Of a stretch of DNA of 64,000 nucleotides, positions 13,815 through 26,895 are shown piece after piece. The translations under genes and the position numbers were made by a program. The stretch spans positions 1 to 64,000 of the forward strand of contig NIVC01003404.1 in assembly GCA_002269645.1 (NCBI GenBank). Reading direction: 5' to 3'. This DNA comes from Macrostomum lignano (Eukaryota). Under the pieces are notes generated by a model, which saw only the letters and a list, made by a program, of their open reading frames with translations, was not told the origin of the DNA and made no database searches. Numbering within the stretch: the first letter of the stretch is position 1; each line of letters begins with the position of its first letter.

Positions 13815-13948
13815 AAAGACAAGCAGACATACACATACAGATAGACAGAGAGACAGACAGATGGACAAACAAACAGACAGACATACAGGCAAACAGGCAG
13901 ACAGACAGACCCGCACTAAGACAGACAGACAGACAGACAGACAGACAC

Positions 13949-13997
<49 letters not shown>

Positions 13998-14050
13998 AAG
14001 ACAGACAGACGCTTAGACAAACAGACACAGACACAGACAGAAAGACACAC
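13549..14050. repeat. (GACA)n microsatellite
   Basis: Imperfect tetranucleotide run. Confidence 0.97.
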
Positions 14051-14207
14051 AAACAATCTCAGATTGTACGTTATTCAGTATCCAGCACTTAAAAGGTTTT
14101 TATTCGTCGTGTGCAGGTAAAAACCATTAAAACCTTGCTCTTTCTCTTCATAAACAATCGCCATTATTGAAGCAACGTTCCAATTAAAAACGAATTCAGC
14201 CACTCAC

Positions 14208-14390
14208 CAGGACATGCCGTCAGCCTTCGGATTATCGTTAACCACCCGAATAACATACAGCACACAGGTCAGAACTTTGATAATAAAGTTGAAGATGCGA
14301 ATCCGCAGGCTTGATCGCTGATTTTTGATGAAGTACAACTGCAGACGCTCCTTCAGTGAGCGTTCGTTGGTGAAGAACTCGACCCGGACT
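14208..14390 (-). CDS. slo-2: Slo2/KCNT exon ([35 protein letters not shown]...; S1 region)
   Basis: Close match to [39 protein letters not shown]; AG/GT ends, 183 nt. Confidence 0.95.
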
Positions 14391-14535
14391 CTGTAGAAGA
14401 GAAGTTTTGCGGGCAATTTTTGAAGAAAAAATCGAGTATTGGTCGCGATGCTTTTTCTGTTTTCCAACTTTCGAAAAAATGAATGAACAAAAAACTACAT
14501 TGGCGCTCGCTCGTAGGACAAAGTCAGACACTCAC

Positions 14536-14699
14536 TGTTCAAAGTCCTGATCGGGAAACTGAAACGGCATCAACATGTAGTCGCGAATGCTCTGCTCAAT
14601 AAAACCCTGTTTGTGCTTGGAGTTGCTTCTGCCAAAGCCGCCGCCGCCACCGCCAGTGCGTCTTGTGGGTTCTCTGCATCTAGCGAACCACCAGCTCAT
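14536..14699 (-). CDS. slo-2: Slo2/KCNT channel, probable alternative first coding exon (MSWWFARC...DYMLMPFQFPDQDFEQ)
   Basis: ATG-initiated open frame ending CA|GTGAGT (phase 2), 145 nt upstream of the phase-2 acceptor at 14390; joins in frame to VRVEFFTNE. Confidence 0.6.
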
Positions 14700-15634
14700 G
14701 CCAGGATATTTCAATAGATCGAGGGCTGGGAGGGGTTCAGCAGGCGGAGGTTGGGGCAGGGATCCTACAGTCGGAGTAGATTGGGAGGGGAAATTTCCGT
14801 CTTGCCTGCCCCTGTGTGCTCCCGTCACTTGCGCGCTCTATTTTTCAGAAGAGCGAGGACTGCCCGACCACTCACAGGATTCCCTCTCTCTGGCCTTCTT
14901 CCCTCTCTCCTTCCCCTTTTCGGACTGCAGTTCCCTATGGAGAAATAGAGGCTGGCTAGTGTGTTTTCGTAGCGCGACAGGCTGCTGAAGATGCTGCTGC
15001 TATCGGAGACAGCGGTCGGGAAAAGGGAGAGACAGAGTTTGCTATAGCCAGGGGATTAAAAATGGAGAAGTGAACTAGCTGCAGAGCTGAGAAGATAACG
15101 ACCCGATAGAGGGCGGAAAGTTTTCAGTAGCCTAAGCTATAAAATTATCCGCCCGAATCAAAATGGCTTCAGGGGCCTCAGAGCGGATTTGACAAGATGT
15201 TGGCCTACGGGACAATGGGGAACTTATGAGCTGCAGTGGACTATTCTATATACAAGTTGGATCCTTGGCTGTTCACTACTAATACTGTGAACTGAAGAAA
15301 ACTCTTCTGCTGCTTCTGGAGGTACTTCCGGTTGCAGAAATCGTCGGATGTGGGAGCAAAACGATCTTTGTTTTGTGACTATACGGTGGTGCTAAGCACC
15401 GAACACAATGCTTCAAAGCGGCTGCTCGGCACAATTGGCACAGAGGGAACAATGGAAAAAGGGGCAAGAAAGATCGGTAGCTGGGGCAGGACGAGAGCTG
15501 CGTCAGGTACGCGTTGTAGTCGGACGTAGCCCATTATAGCTCTTTATATCTTGCCTGCCCGGGGCGAATTACTGGCCCGGGGTGTCCCCTGCCACTTAGA
15601 AAATACACGGTGAGTATGGTTGGAGGCGGTAGGG

Positions 15635-15758
<124 letters not shown>

Positions 15759-16467
15759 GGAGGTAGGTCAAGGAAGAACCGCATAGGACGGTGAGAGAAG
15801 TGTCAGCCGAGAGCACGATTAGAGGGACTGAATTTGCGCGGGACCAGTTGGGTCCGCTGCATGGGTCGGGGACACCTCCCACTCCTCCCAGGCATATAGT
15901 GGCCCAATCGGCCAATCCAACGTATTCACAATATTGTTGGCCCCGGGGGTTGGCTTAGCTAGAGAAGTGTTTGTTGGGGGAGGGGGGCTAGCAGCGTACT
16001 ATTCTAGCCAGTTTTGCAGCTGGTGGCGGTGGAACATTGGTGAGAGCTGAAGTGCCCGCGCGCATGCAGCCACTGTTTGGTGGCAGCTCTCATTTGACAG
16101 CATTGTCCACGGAGCTGCACAGCCTTTTTAAGACAAAAGACGGAGCAAGAGAAAGAAACAAGGCGACAAGAGTCACTGCTGTAGAGAGAAGCATGCCCAG
16201 AAGCCGTCATTTCCATCAGCCGCTTGCAGAAAATGAATTTCTTCGCAACATTTTTGGAAAGTGGAGGGGGTGTTTCACAATGCAAAGTTTGATCCTAGGT
16301 TCGAACTAAGGCCCTAGGTTAGGATGCAGATGTTCGACTATACTGATCATCGATGCTGGCTGTGATTCAAGATAGGTAAGAGTGAAGTGATTCACGAAAA
16401 AAGATAGTCTGTGGTAGAACCCCCCCCGATATCGGTTCCAACTTAACTGGATCGTCGATAGCTCGAT

Positions 16468-16626
16468 TTTTTGGTCCCAGCCATAGACAAGCACCAGCAT
16501 CACAAGATGCTCAAAATGGGATCACAAGTCGCATGTGGCACATATGTTACACGTACTTGTACGTGAAAGTACGGCATTCTGAGCTTCTTGTGTGATGCTG
16601 GTGCTTGTCTATGGCTAGGACAAAAA
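16468..16626. mobile_element. Small hairpin MITE with CCATAGAC-containing arms
   Basis: AGCCATAGACAAGCACCAGCATCACA... is the reverse complement of ...TGTGATGCTGGTGCTTGTCTATGGCT. Confidence 0.65.
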
Positions 16627-17122
16627 CATCTAGCTTTTGGTAATTCAGTTATATTATTCATCCATGAGCTCCACCCAGAAAGCTCCCTCTCAGCTAGAAA
16701 AGAAGTCGATAATATGGAGAATTAGCTTCCGGGAGCCGAAATGATTAACAATAAGGGGCGAAAACATCCGACTGATACACCTACCGACTTTTTTCAGTTG
16801 CCGCCATCAATGTTTCTGTTCTTCTGTACTCCTGTTTTCTGGTTCTCTGATTTTTTGGGTTGCAGTCCTCTCGTTCTTTTGTTTCTTCATTCGTCAATGC
16901 GTCCGTCGTTAGACTTACTGATTTATTCTTGGATTTTCAACTTACTTTTTTAAGCTGATAAATATACACGTGTTCGGCTTACTTCAATCAGCCAGCCCCC
17001 ACATTTCTTTCCCACTAAAGCCGTGTTTCCAGTCCCTTCTTTCTATGGTAAATTTATATCGCAAAAGTGCCTGGTCTGAGCTTCATTTGAAGCTTATCCT
17101 AGGACGCAATTTGTGACTTATA

Positions 17123-17520
17123 ACGGGTGATCCAAAAAAATGGACAAACTTTGTAGTGAAACTGTGCCAAGGCAATACAGTGAATCTTTACAGGCTCGCA
17201 GCAGGTTAATCCTGACACCTGTAAGATTTTTTCTGCCAACTTTAGAATGAATATTCCAAATGGTCTTTGGCTTTAAGTTGAAAGTGTCTTTGGTTGTTTC
17301 TACAATTACACATCTACTGTCTATGGCTTCAAGTTGAAAGTGACTGTTGGCTAAATTTAGAATGGCTATTTTAGGAAACTGGATAAAGGTATCCATTCCA
17401 AAGTTGGCAGAAAAAAACTTACAGGTGTCAGGATTCACCTGCTGCGAGCCTGTAAAGATTCACTGTATTGCCTTGGCACAGTTTCACTACAAAGTTTGTC
17501 CATTTTTTTGGATCACCCGT
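17123..17520. mobile_element. Tc1/mariner-type MITE, almost wholly palindromic
   Basis: ~100-bp inverted repeats ACGGGTGATCCAAAAAAATGGACAAAC..., TA flanks, further internal inverted match. Confidence 0.8.
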
Positions 17521-18025
17521 TACATCTAAGCGGTTTTTAGTAGACAGGTACGGTTAATGCTACACTCGTATGTCTGCGCAAGGGACACGCAATTTTGCGC
17601 CTGATTAAACAAGCAATTTCTGTATGCAACTCCATAGTGTGCATTGGGCCCCGCTGAGTAAATGTTTGAACTGAGCACATGGGATATCGGCAGACTGTCC
17701 TATGGACTTAAATTATTGAGAACGTAGCGTGTCCCGTACGCCTACGTAACTATCGACAGGCAGACTTGTTCAAAAATGATTTAGCTTTTGCTCAATGCTT
17801 TCCAATATAAACTGCGTCTACTTTATTGAGTTAAATTTTTTGCTTGTGCACAAAAGTATCTACTTGTCCGGATATAAGTAGTGCGAAAAGATGCATTAGA
17901 AAAACATAAGAAAAGAAAGCATTATTGTTTCTTAAACTAACAAGTAGACAATGACAGTGTTAGGGCCCGTGTTGATGTTTAATGATGCGAGCGCCAGCAC
18001 CGGGGGCGCCAGCACCGGGGGCGCC

Positions 18026-20224
18026 AACAACAACAAAATACGCTGTCAGGATGGCAAAAGTCAGCGTCACAGGGCGCGCTTCCTGGCTTGGGCGCGAACA
18101 AAGGCCGCGCCACCGGCAGTGTCCGGGGCGCCGGCGTCAGCCAGCAGACAGTCGACGTAACGCCGAGTTCGCGCTTGACCTCGCCGGTAGGGTGCCTGCA
18201 GCGTGAGCAGCAGCACCTCCTGCACCGGCTGTGGGCAGTACGACTCGGCGCGGATGAGATGGCCTGCGAGCTGGAGTCGCCGACGGCGCAGTAGATCACT
18301 TGGACGTGGCAGGCCAGCGCAACGATAGAGTGCCGCGTTGTTGACTCGCTTGACGCCGATGTTGAAGGCGGCGCGCAGCAGGCCAGCGTACGCCGCATCG
18401 ACTTGCTGTTCGAGTGAGTCCGTCAGCGTCCACGTCTAGGCGTTGTAGAGCAGGACGGTCTCGATTGACTCGATTACCGCCTGGAACAGCGCCGCCCTCT
18501 GGCGGTCCGGTAGGGCCTCGCACTGCAGGACTGCCCTCACAGAACGAAAGGCAGCCCAGGCAACCCTGCGGCGGCGTCGCAGGTCGTCGCGAGCGTCTGG
18601 AACCAGACCGCCGAGGTAGACGAACTGCTGACATCGCGGGAGCTCGGTCGCCTGCCCGTCAGAGCCTCGGCAGAATATTGCAGCCTCGATGTCGTCCGGC
18701 ACGCAGAGCACAACGGTCTTCTGCGTGTTGACCACCAGGCCGACACTCGCCGCAACGGCAACTAGCCTGTCCAGCTGCCGTTGGGCGCCCTCGACGGTCG
18801 AAGACAGCAGGGCGAGGTCATCGGCGTAGCCAAGCACGCTGAGCCGCTTCTCCGGTTGACGTTGACCCACGCGTCGCCGCAGCAGAAAACCGTCGTCGTC
18901 GGTAGGAAGAGCAGTCCGCAGCACCCAGTCAAGCACCAGGACGAACAGGAACGGCGCCAGCGTATCTCCCTGAAGCACTCCGGAGAATGTCTCAAAGGAG
19001 TCCGATAGGCCGTCCGGTGTTGTCACAGCAGCTGTCGTATCACGGTACATCGCCATGATGGCGGAGATCAGCTGCTCAGGCACGTTGTACGCGCGGAGCA
19101 CCATTGGAAGCACGGCTCTGACAACCGAGTCGAATGCCGTCTTGAAATGAATAAAGATTAGAATCAGGATCGACTGGCGAATCCGCGCCTCCTCGATGAC
19201 TCGGCGAAGAGCCAGGATCTGCGCCACTGTGCCGCGATGGGGCCGGAACCGGTTCTGCTCTGGGCGCAGGTACGGATCCAGCACGGGCTGCAACCGCGAA
19301 AGTAGCATCCGGTTGAACAGCTTCGCTGCACAGAACTGAAGGCAGATGCCTCGATGGTCTTCAAGCCTAGTGGTGCCTGGCTTCTTTGGAACAGCGACGA
19401 TGTGCGCCGTGGTCCATTCGTTGGGCGCCGCCTCACCGAAGAGCGCGCTGTTCATCACTCTGGTGAACTCAGCGGCCACACAGGGGATGCGCAGCGCCTC
19501 GATGGGCACCTCATCCGGACCCAGCGCTTTCCCGCCCGATGACTGCTGGGCGAGCTTGACAACGTCGGCTGCGTTGACTGGGGCTACGCTGAAACTCTCC
19601 TCTGCCGGCAACGGCGTCTCCGGCGGTATTGTCAGCCTGTCTGGCAGCGGGGGTGGCGGCGCGTTGAAGATGGCGGCGAAGAACTCGCGCAGCTCGTTCC
19701 TGCGCTCATCCGGAGTGTCACCAGCCAGGTTCAGCGGATTGCGCCGCTTTCAACCCGTCAGAGCGTTGATGGCGGACCAGGCCACGCGCCCTCTGGCATC
19801 GGGCCCAGCGGCAGAGACAGCCTGAATGGCGTCAACGACAGCCGCTTGTTGGCGCTGCAGGTAGACAGCCGCCAGAGCTGCCTCTGCCTCGCGGGTTGGT
19901 CGCCTGCTCAAGCGGAGCCTCTCCAGATCTTCCCTCGCTGCCTGAATCGCGGGGTCGTCCTGCCAGACCGGCTGCCCACGTTGAGCCAGTTGCATCATCG
20001 GGACTGCTTGCTCCGCGGCGGTTCTGACTGCAGCGCACACTTCCGCATACTCGGCAGTTTCACGCTTGTCGCCCAGCGCAGTGTTAAAGGCGCTAGCAAA
20101 GCGACGCTGCGTATCGGTGGCTCTGAGCGCGCGGTAGTAGCGCCGCGGTGGCTGCTTCGGCGGACGGTAAAGCGGATCGCGAAGGTTGAGGTCACAGATG
20201 AGGAGCCGGTGATCGGACCGCAGA
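18026..20224 (-). mobile_element. 5'-truncated RTE-like non-LTR retrotransposon (end of AP endonuclease + reverse transcriptase)
   Basis: SDHR endonuclease end; RT motifs GVLQGDTLAPFLF and GYADDLALL. In-frame stops at 19750-19752 and 18436-18438; ORF ends ~18067; (TTG)n-like 3' tail. Confidence 0.88.
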
Positions 20225-20731
20225 GCGCCAGCACCGGGGGCGCCAGCACCGGGGGCGCCAGCACCGGGGGCGCCAGCACCGGGGGCGCCAGCACCGGGGG
20301 CGCCAGCACCGGGGGCGCCAGCACCGGGGGCGCCAGCACCGGGGGCGCCAGCACCGGGGGCGCCAGCACCGGGGGCGCCAGCACCGGGGGCGCCAGCACC
20401 GGGGGCGCCAGCACCGGGGGCGCCAGCACCGGGGGCGCCAGCACCGGGGGCGCCAGCACCGGGGGCGCCAGCACCGGGGGCGCCAGCACCGGGGGCGCCA
20501 GCACCGGGGGCGCCAGCACCGGGGGCGCCAGCACCGGGGGCGCCAGCACCGGGGGCGCCAGCACCGGGGGCGCCAGCACCGGGGGCGCCAGCACCGGGGG
20601 CGCCAGCACCGGGGGCGCCAGCACCGGGGCGCCAGCACCGGGGCGCCAGCACCGGGGGCGCCAGCACCGGGGGCGCCAGCACCGGGGCGCCAGCACCGGG
20701 GCGCCAGCACCGGGGGCGCCAGCACCGGGGG
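20225..20731. repeat. 15-bp GC-rich minisatellite (GCGCCAGCACCGGGG), about 34 units
   Basis: Near-perfect tandem array; about 2.4 further units at 17991-18025 on the other side of the retrotransposon. Confidence 0.97.
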
Positions 20732-22038
20732 AAAGATGGAATTTCTAATGGCTTTATACTTGACGCACAATTGAAGGGAAAGGTACGGCCATAGTACGAG
20801 CTAAGCCTGCTACACCACGATGACAGAATCTGGAAACTATTTCTATAGTTTTGCACATTGCCTATTAATCATAGGGTGATCTGAAGCTTCTGGGCGCATA
20901 AATAGTTATAAAGGGGAGTGATTTGCGTCAGTTTAGTCTGCGGGTGAATTTGCAACTTCCCTACAATCTGTGCGCTCCCGCAGCCAATTAATTAGACCGG
21001 ATAAACAATCCCGAATGGGATGAAGGAGTGATGAGGGATGATGGGATTCAGTCAGCGGACGCGGCGGGGCAACGTGAGACGGAGAGAAAAATAGGATAGA
21101 TTGGACGAGCAACATAAAAGAAATGAAGCGGTATGGCGGGTGCAAATGCAAACTCGGTAGATATGTGTAAGCACTGATTTTCAGTTCGCCTCAATCGAAA
21201 TTTACATTAATCAGTAGAGATATCTGTTGGTATAATCTCAATTTATGTTGTTATTGTTTTGTAGGCACAGAGCGATTGCAGATATGATTGAAACCCCCTC
21301 TAGCTGGCGTCCACTCCTGTACTGCAATCCAAGGTTCAGCCGACATATCACGTCGTTCGTTATCTGTCGATGTAATGTAAAAGTACGAGCGTACATATCT
21401 GTCATCAACGTCGATACACGTTGGGAACATTAGCCAGACGGACTTTATGGACTAATATGGACTTTATTAAAACACCATAGGATTCGAGTTTACGTATTAA
21501 AATTTCGTCATTAACTTTATCAATTGCGAGCTTTCTAATAAATTGTTGACCTTATAAATAATAGAGAGTTCATTACAAAGTTTACTAAAGTTACTAATGG
21601 TAAATAATCATTAGAAAAAGTAAAATGAATGCCATTAGATAAGTTAAAAGTTATGTAGACGTGAAAGTTGGAAACTTGGAAAATTCCGAATTTCCCTCGA
21701 GATATTTGGCACACCATTTTCAAAAAAGGCACACGAGCATACGGGGAATTGTATTGCAAGTCCTTCTTCTCTTAGCATCGGCAAAGTCGTTAATCAAATG
21801 CCTTATCCGCTGAAGGTGAGAGTTCGGGTTAATCATCTTAGTCAGAGCGTTTAGTGCTTAAATGAACGCTAGATATCGTCTACAAGGTGCTTGTACCAAA
21901 GGTTTTTCATCTAGGGGAGAATTTCACATACAATGTGAAAAAACAAGTATTTTACTAATAAGATCATAGCAGGATTTTTTAACTAAAACTTTTTCATTCT
22001 AAGAAATGAAGTAGCCATTTGCCAGAAGATTAGCTCAC

Positions 22039-22151
22039 CTGTCAGAATCGTCGTCCGCAGTGCCGTAGTCGCCACCGAGAATGACATCCCTGAGCCGGTA
22101 CCGAGGCGGCAGTGGTGGCAGCGCCGATCCGACATAGTCTTCCTCGTCCAT
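22039..22151 (-). CDS. slo-2: Slo2/KCNT channel, canonical N-terminal exon (MDEEDYVGSALPPLPPRYRLRDVILGGDYGTADDDSD-R)
   Basis: Carries the KCNT N-terminal motif PPLPPRYR(F/L)RD(L/V)(L/I)LG. AG acceptor sits directly before the ATG; the exon ends AG|GTGAG in phase 2, matching the phase-2 start of exon 14208-14390. Confidence 0.85.
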
Positions 22152-23752
22152 CTGTTAGGCTGGACTACTTCAGCACCCGTTTTTGAAAGAAGAAAATTTG
22201 TTGCAATCCCCAAGACTGAGATTGTCGCAATCTGCTTCAATATATTGGGGAAGGAAATGCGGTTGTAACAGCTCTAGTAGGCATGAAAAGAGAAGTGGTG
22301 CATATGCAGATTCGGAAACAGGATTTTAGGCCTTCAGGGCAGTTGAGGGGATGGCGGTAGAACTGATGAAACGAGGAACCGTTCGGGAGAGGACGAGCCG
22401 AGAAGAAAAAAATGTGTGCCCCTTTCTAAGCTACCCGCCTATTCGGCTGGGAAAGGAAATGGGAAATATTTTTTCCAACGCCACTCTCGCCCGCTCCGGT
22501 CCACGCTCCCCAATTTTTTGTGTAGGAAAACTGCCATAATCCCTTCCTATTGGCACGAATAACTATGCCTAGCGACCAGCGACAGTACGAACGTAGATCT
22601 AGCAATTGTACGTTTTTCTCTATCGGTGTGCTCTATGGAATTTATATGTCGTACATAGCTCGTGTAATGTATTATGGAATTTTGTATTACAGAGCACAAA
22701 GTTTGCACTGTGGAAGCAACAATTACATCTCACAAGCCCTGCAGCGTGGAATCGAATCTGGAAACCCTTGGCGCGAGACGTGTTAACTGTTGATCTGCAT
22801 GCACTGAGCTCCCTCATGGGCTTCATGTACGTCCACGAGGGAGAGGAATTTAAGCTTCTACTTAAACTCTGCATGTATGCACGAGCACAACTTCTTCTTT
22901 CAATACTGTTTCCAACGTAGCTCAAAGCATGAACAAAAGCAATAAGCAAAATGATTTTTTTTAGCTCTAAGCCTCTCTACTTACTCTCCTTCTCCGATCG
23001 GCCATAAGTACTCTTCAGAATCCAAGTTAAATTAACTCCAGGGAAGTCAATCTAGGTCGTACGTCGTTTGCTATGGCTTGCTTAGTGCTTAGTGCTTAAC
23101 TTGACTAATATCTCTTTCCTGTTGGAACAGCTGCTTGTTGTCTCTGCTCTTGACTTGCTGCAGCACATTCTGTTTTATGAAGGTTCCCGGATCAGTACTG
23201 ACAGATTCAACTCAATACAATAAAAGGGCCTTTTCAAGACAGTATTTTCTGACATATACTTCCAATGTTTGATTATGTAAAATACATCAATATATGACAG
23301 CAGTTCATAAGGATTACTCGTAAATGAGTTGAGTATTAGGACTGCAAAAAGTGTCTGCAAAACCAGTTTAAAACTTTCGTTTATTATTTTCTGGTGTGTT
23401 GTACTATACTAATAGTACCTCGTACTGAGGTTTTGCTGTTAGTTGCTCATTAAAACTGAATCCAAAATCAGTTCATCTATTTCTGCAGGTGGGCGTCAGT
23501 GTATGAACACACAGTATGGCAAAAAGCTAGTCCAAGTGAATTCAAATTCGACGAAAAGGAGATCTGTGTCCTTACGAGCGTAGTTGCCAGCCTGCACTCC
23601 TGTCTCCCTGTCGTCCCTCATTTCTGATGACACTCGTGATCCGATCCTCACAATAAAGAATTTCGTCTGAGGATCGCTCGAGATTGGTCTTTGGAAATTT
23701 TTCAACAAGGAAGAGACAGGAAGAGGCAGCTCGCCATTGAAATGACCATTAA

Positions 23753-26700
23753 CAGTAGGAATACCAAGCCATTTTTCCGCCCGTCGAACTACCAAGAGGG
23801 GGGGAAAAATTTCCCCCCCCCTGACAATTTTTTTTGCTGCGCCGGAACGGAGCAACGCAGGCACACGAAATTCAAGAACACGGGCTAACTTTTTGTTGCG
23901 CACCTTCTCAAACAAGAATCAAGTCGCCAGCCCTCCGGACCGTCGAGATATTCGACGATTCTGCCAGAAGGTCGGATTTTTCCCATAAGCGCTAGTGTAT
24001 TCAGTACACCCCTGTGCGCCAAATAGCACTGCGCCTCAGTGCAGCCTTGCCAAGTCTCCAAATTTCATCAGCACGTCGACCAAATGTGTCTGCATCAGTT
24101 CTGACTTCGTTGGTTACTGGCCTTCCCCGAGACGGAGCTTCTAGACCTTCAACAGGTGGCACCAGGTGACTATGAACACCTTGATGCGAGTTTCTCTAGT
24201 TTCACCGATCAAGCCTCGACAGTAGGCAAGCCTCAACTGCCAGACACCCTCAGCTAGTCTCCTGAGCATTCCTTCATCATCCCGACACCGTCGGCACCTT
24301 CAACAGGTGGCATCAGGTGACTATGGACGTCCTGTTGCAAATATGTCAGGTCTTTCTTATCAAGCTTCAATAATGGGCAAACCTCAACCGACGGACATTG
24401 TCAGCTAGTCTCTCAAGCATTCCGTCATCATCCCGACACGGTCGGCTCCTTCAACAGATGACACCAAGTGACTATGGACACCCTGATGCGAATTTCTCTA
24501 GTTTCGCCGATCAAGCCTCGACAGTGGGCAAGCCTAACTGCTGGACATTCTCAGCTAGTCTCTCAAGCATTCCGTCATCATCCCGACGCCGTCGGCTCCT
24601 TCAACAGATGACACCAAGTGACTATGGACACCCTGATGCGAATTTCTCTAGTTTCGCCGATCAAGCCTCGACAGTGGGCAAAAATCAACTGCTGGACATT
24701 CTCAGCTAGTCTCTCAAGCCTTCCGCCATCATCCCAACACCGTCGGCACCTTCAACAGGTGGCATCAGGTGACTATGGACGTCCTTTTGCAAATATGTCA
24801 GGTTTTTCTTATCAAGCTTCAATAATGAGCAAACCTCAACTGCTGGACATCCTCAGCTAGTCAGTCAAGCATTCAGCCATCACCCCGACGCCGTCGGCAC
24901 CTTCAACAGGTGGCACCAGGGGAGTAAGGACACCTGAGCGTGATTTTTCATCATGCTCTTAACATTTCTGAATCATAAAAAAATGAAAAACGGATTGAAT
25001 TTACTGGCTTCTGTAGGGCGTAGTCCGTGCGCTGCACTCTCTGCCCCACATTATTATTCATGACTCATTCTTTCGCCTAAACTTGTTTACCAATTCTCGA
25101 CCAATCGCGCATCGCTGCACCCCACCCCACAATATTGACTAATAAATATATTGAGTAAACAGAGCCATACAGAGGCCACCTTTTCGGCACGCAAACCCAG
25201 ACTTCACAGCTTCTTAGAAGCATAACCCTTTCTGCATAAAAATTGGGTTCAATATTATAGTTGAATAAACTAAACAGCTTTTCGAATAAAATATTTATGT
25301 AGCTCGTATGCATAAAAGTATGTGTAATAATAATATAAATATACAGCAACATGAGTTCAAGCTTAACTATAGCAATGTCCGTGCTTTGAAAATTTTGAGA
25401 GCTTCAGAAATGTTAAGAGCATGATGAAAAATCACGCTCAGGTGTCCTTACTCCCCTGGTGCCACCTGTTGAAGGTGCCGACGGCGTCGGGGTGATGGCT
25501 GGATGCTTGACTGACTAGCTGAGGATGTCCAGCAGTTGAGGTTTGCTCATTATTGAAGCTTGATAAGAAAAACCTGACATATTTGCAACAGGCTGTCCAT
25601 AGTCACCTGGTGTAATCTGTTGAAGGAGCCGACGGCGTCGGGATGATGACGGAAGGCTTGAGAGACTAGCTGAGAATGTCCAGCAGTTGATTTTTGCCCA
25701 CTGTCGAGGCTTGATCGGCGAAACTAGAGAAATCAGCATCAGGTTGTCCATAGTCATCTGGTGTCATTTGTTGAATGTGCCGACGTCATCGGGGTGATGA
25801 CGGAATGCTTGAGAGACTAGCTGACAATGTCCGTCGGTTGAGGTTTGCCCATTATTGAAGCTTGATAAGAAAGACCTGACATAGTTGCAAAAGGACGTCC
25901 ATAGTCACCTGATGCCACCTGTTGAAGGTGCCGACGGTGTTGGGATGATGGCGGAAGGCTTGAGAGACTAGCTGAGAATGTCCAGCAGTTGATTTTTGCC
26001 CACTGTCGAGGCTTGATCGGCGAAACTAGAGAAATTCGCATCAGGGTGTCCATAGTCACTTGGTGTCATCTGTTGAAGGAGCCGACGGCGTCGGGATGAT
26101 GACGGAATGCTTGAGAGACTAGCTGAGAATGTCCAGCAGTTAGGCTTGCCCACTGTCGAGGCTTGATCGGCGAAACTAGAGAAATTCGCATCAGGGTGTC
26201 CATAGTCACTTGGTGTCATCTGTTGAAGGAGCCGACCGTGTCGGGATGATGACGGAATGCTTGAGAGACTAGCTGACAATGTCCGTCGGTTGAGGTTTGC
26301 CCATTATTGAAGCTTGATAAGAAAGACCTGACATATTTGCAACAGGACGTCCATAGTCACCTGATGCCACCTGTTGAAGGTGCCGACGGTGTCGGGATGA
26401 TGAAGGAATGCTCAGGAGACTAGCTGAGGGTGTCTGGCAGTTGAGGCTTGCCTACTGTCGAGGCTTGATCGGTGAAACTAGAGAAACTCGCATCAAGGTG
26501 TTCATAGTCACCTGGTGCCACCTGTTGAAGGTCTAGAAGCTCCGTCTCGGGGAAGGCCAGTAACCAACGAAGTCAGAACTGATGCAGACACATTTGGTCG
26601 ACGTGCTGATGAAATTTGGAGACTTGGCAAGGCTGCACTGAGGCGCAGTGCTATTTGGCGCACAGGGGTGTACTGAATACACTAGCGCTTATGGGAAAAA

Positions 26701-26895
26701 TCCGACCTTCTGGCAGAATCGTCGAATATCTCGACGGTCCGGAGGGCTGGCGACTTGATTCTTGTTTGAGAAGGTGCGCAACAAAAAGTTAGCCCGTGTT
26801 CTTGAATTTCGTGTGCCTGCGTTGCTCCGTTCCGGCGCAGCAAAAAAAATTGTCAGGGGGGGGAATTTTCCCCCCCCCCCTTGGTAGTTCTACTG
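23753..26895. mobile_element. Foldback-type element with 1.2/1.5-kb inverted arms containing 151-bp tandem subrepeats
   Basis: Arm ~23753-24970 is the reverse complement of ~25400-26895; ~430-bp unique spacer; TTAA on both flanks; CAGTAG...CTACTG termini. Confidence 0.75.

Noticed and set aside
19750-20856. 368-aa ORF with GAPGA repeats (collagen/silk-like) and its STGGA antisense partner
   Set aside because: A fusion of the 15-bp minisatellite, which has no stops, with the retrotransposon's truncated 5' end; not a structural protein gene.
24146-26531. 151-bp repeats and other arrays (20-, 42-, 46-bp) as possible CRISPR arrays or repeat-protein ORFs
   Set aside because: No unique spacers between repeats, no cas genes and a eukaryotic context; the short ORFs are broken every unit.
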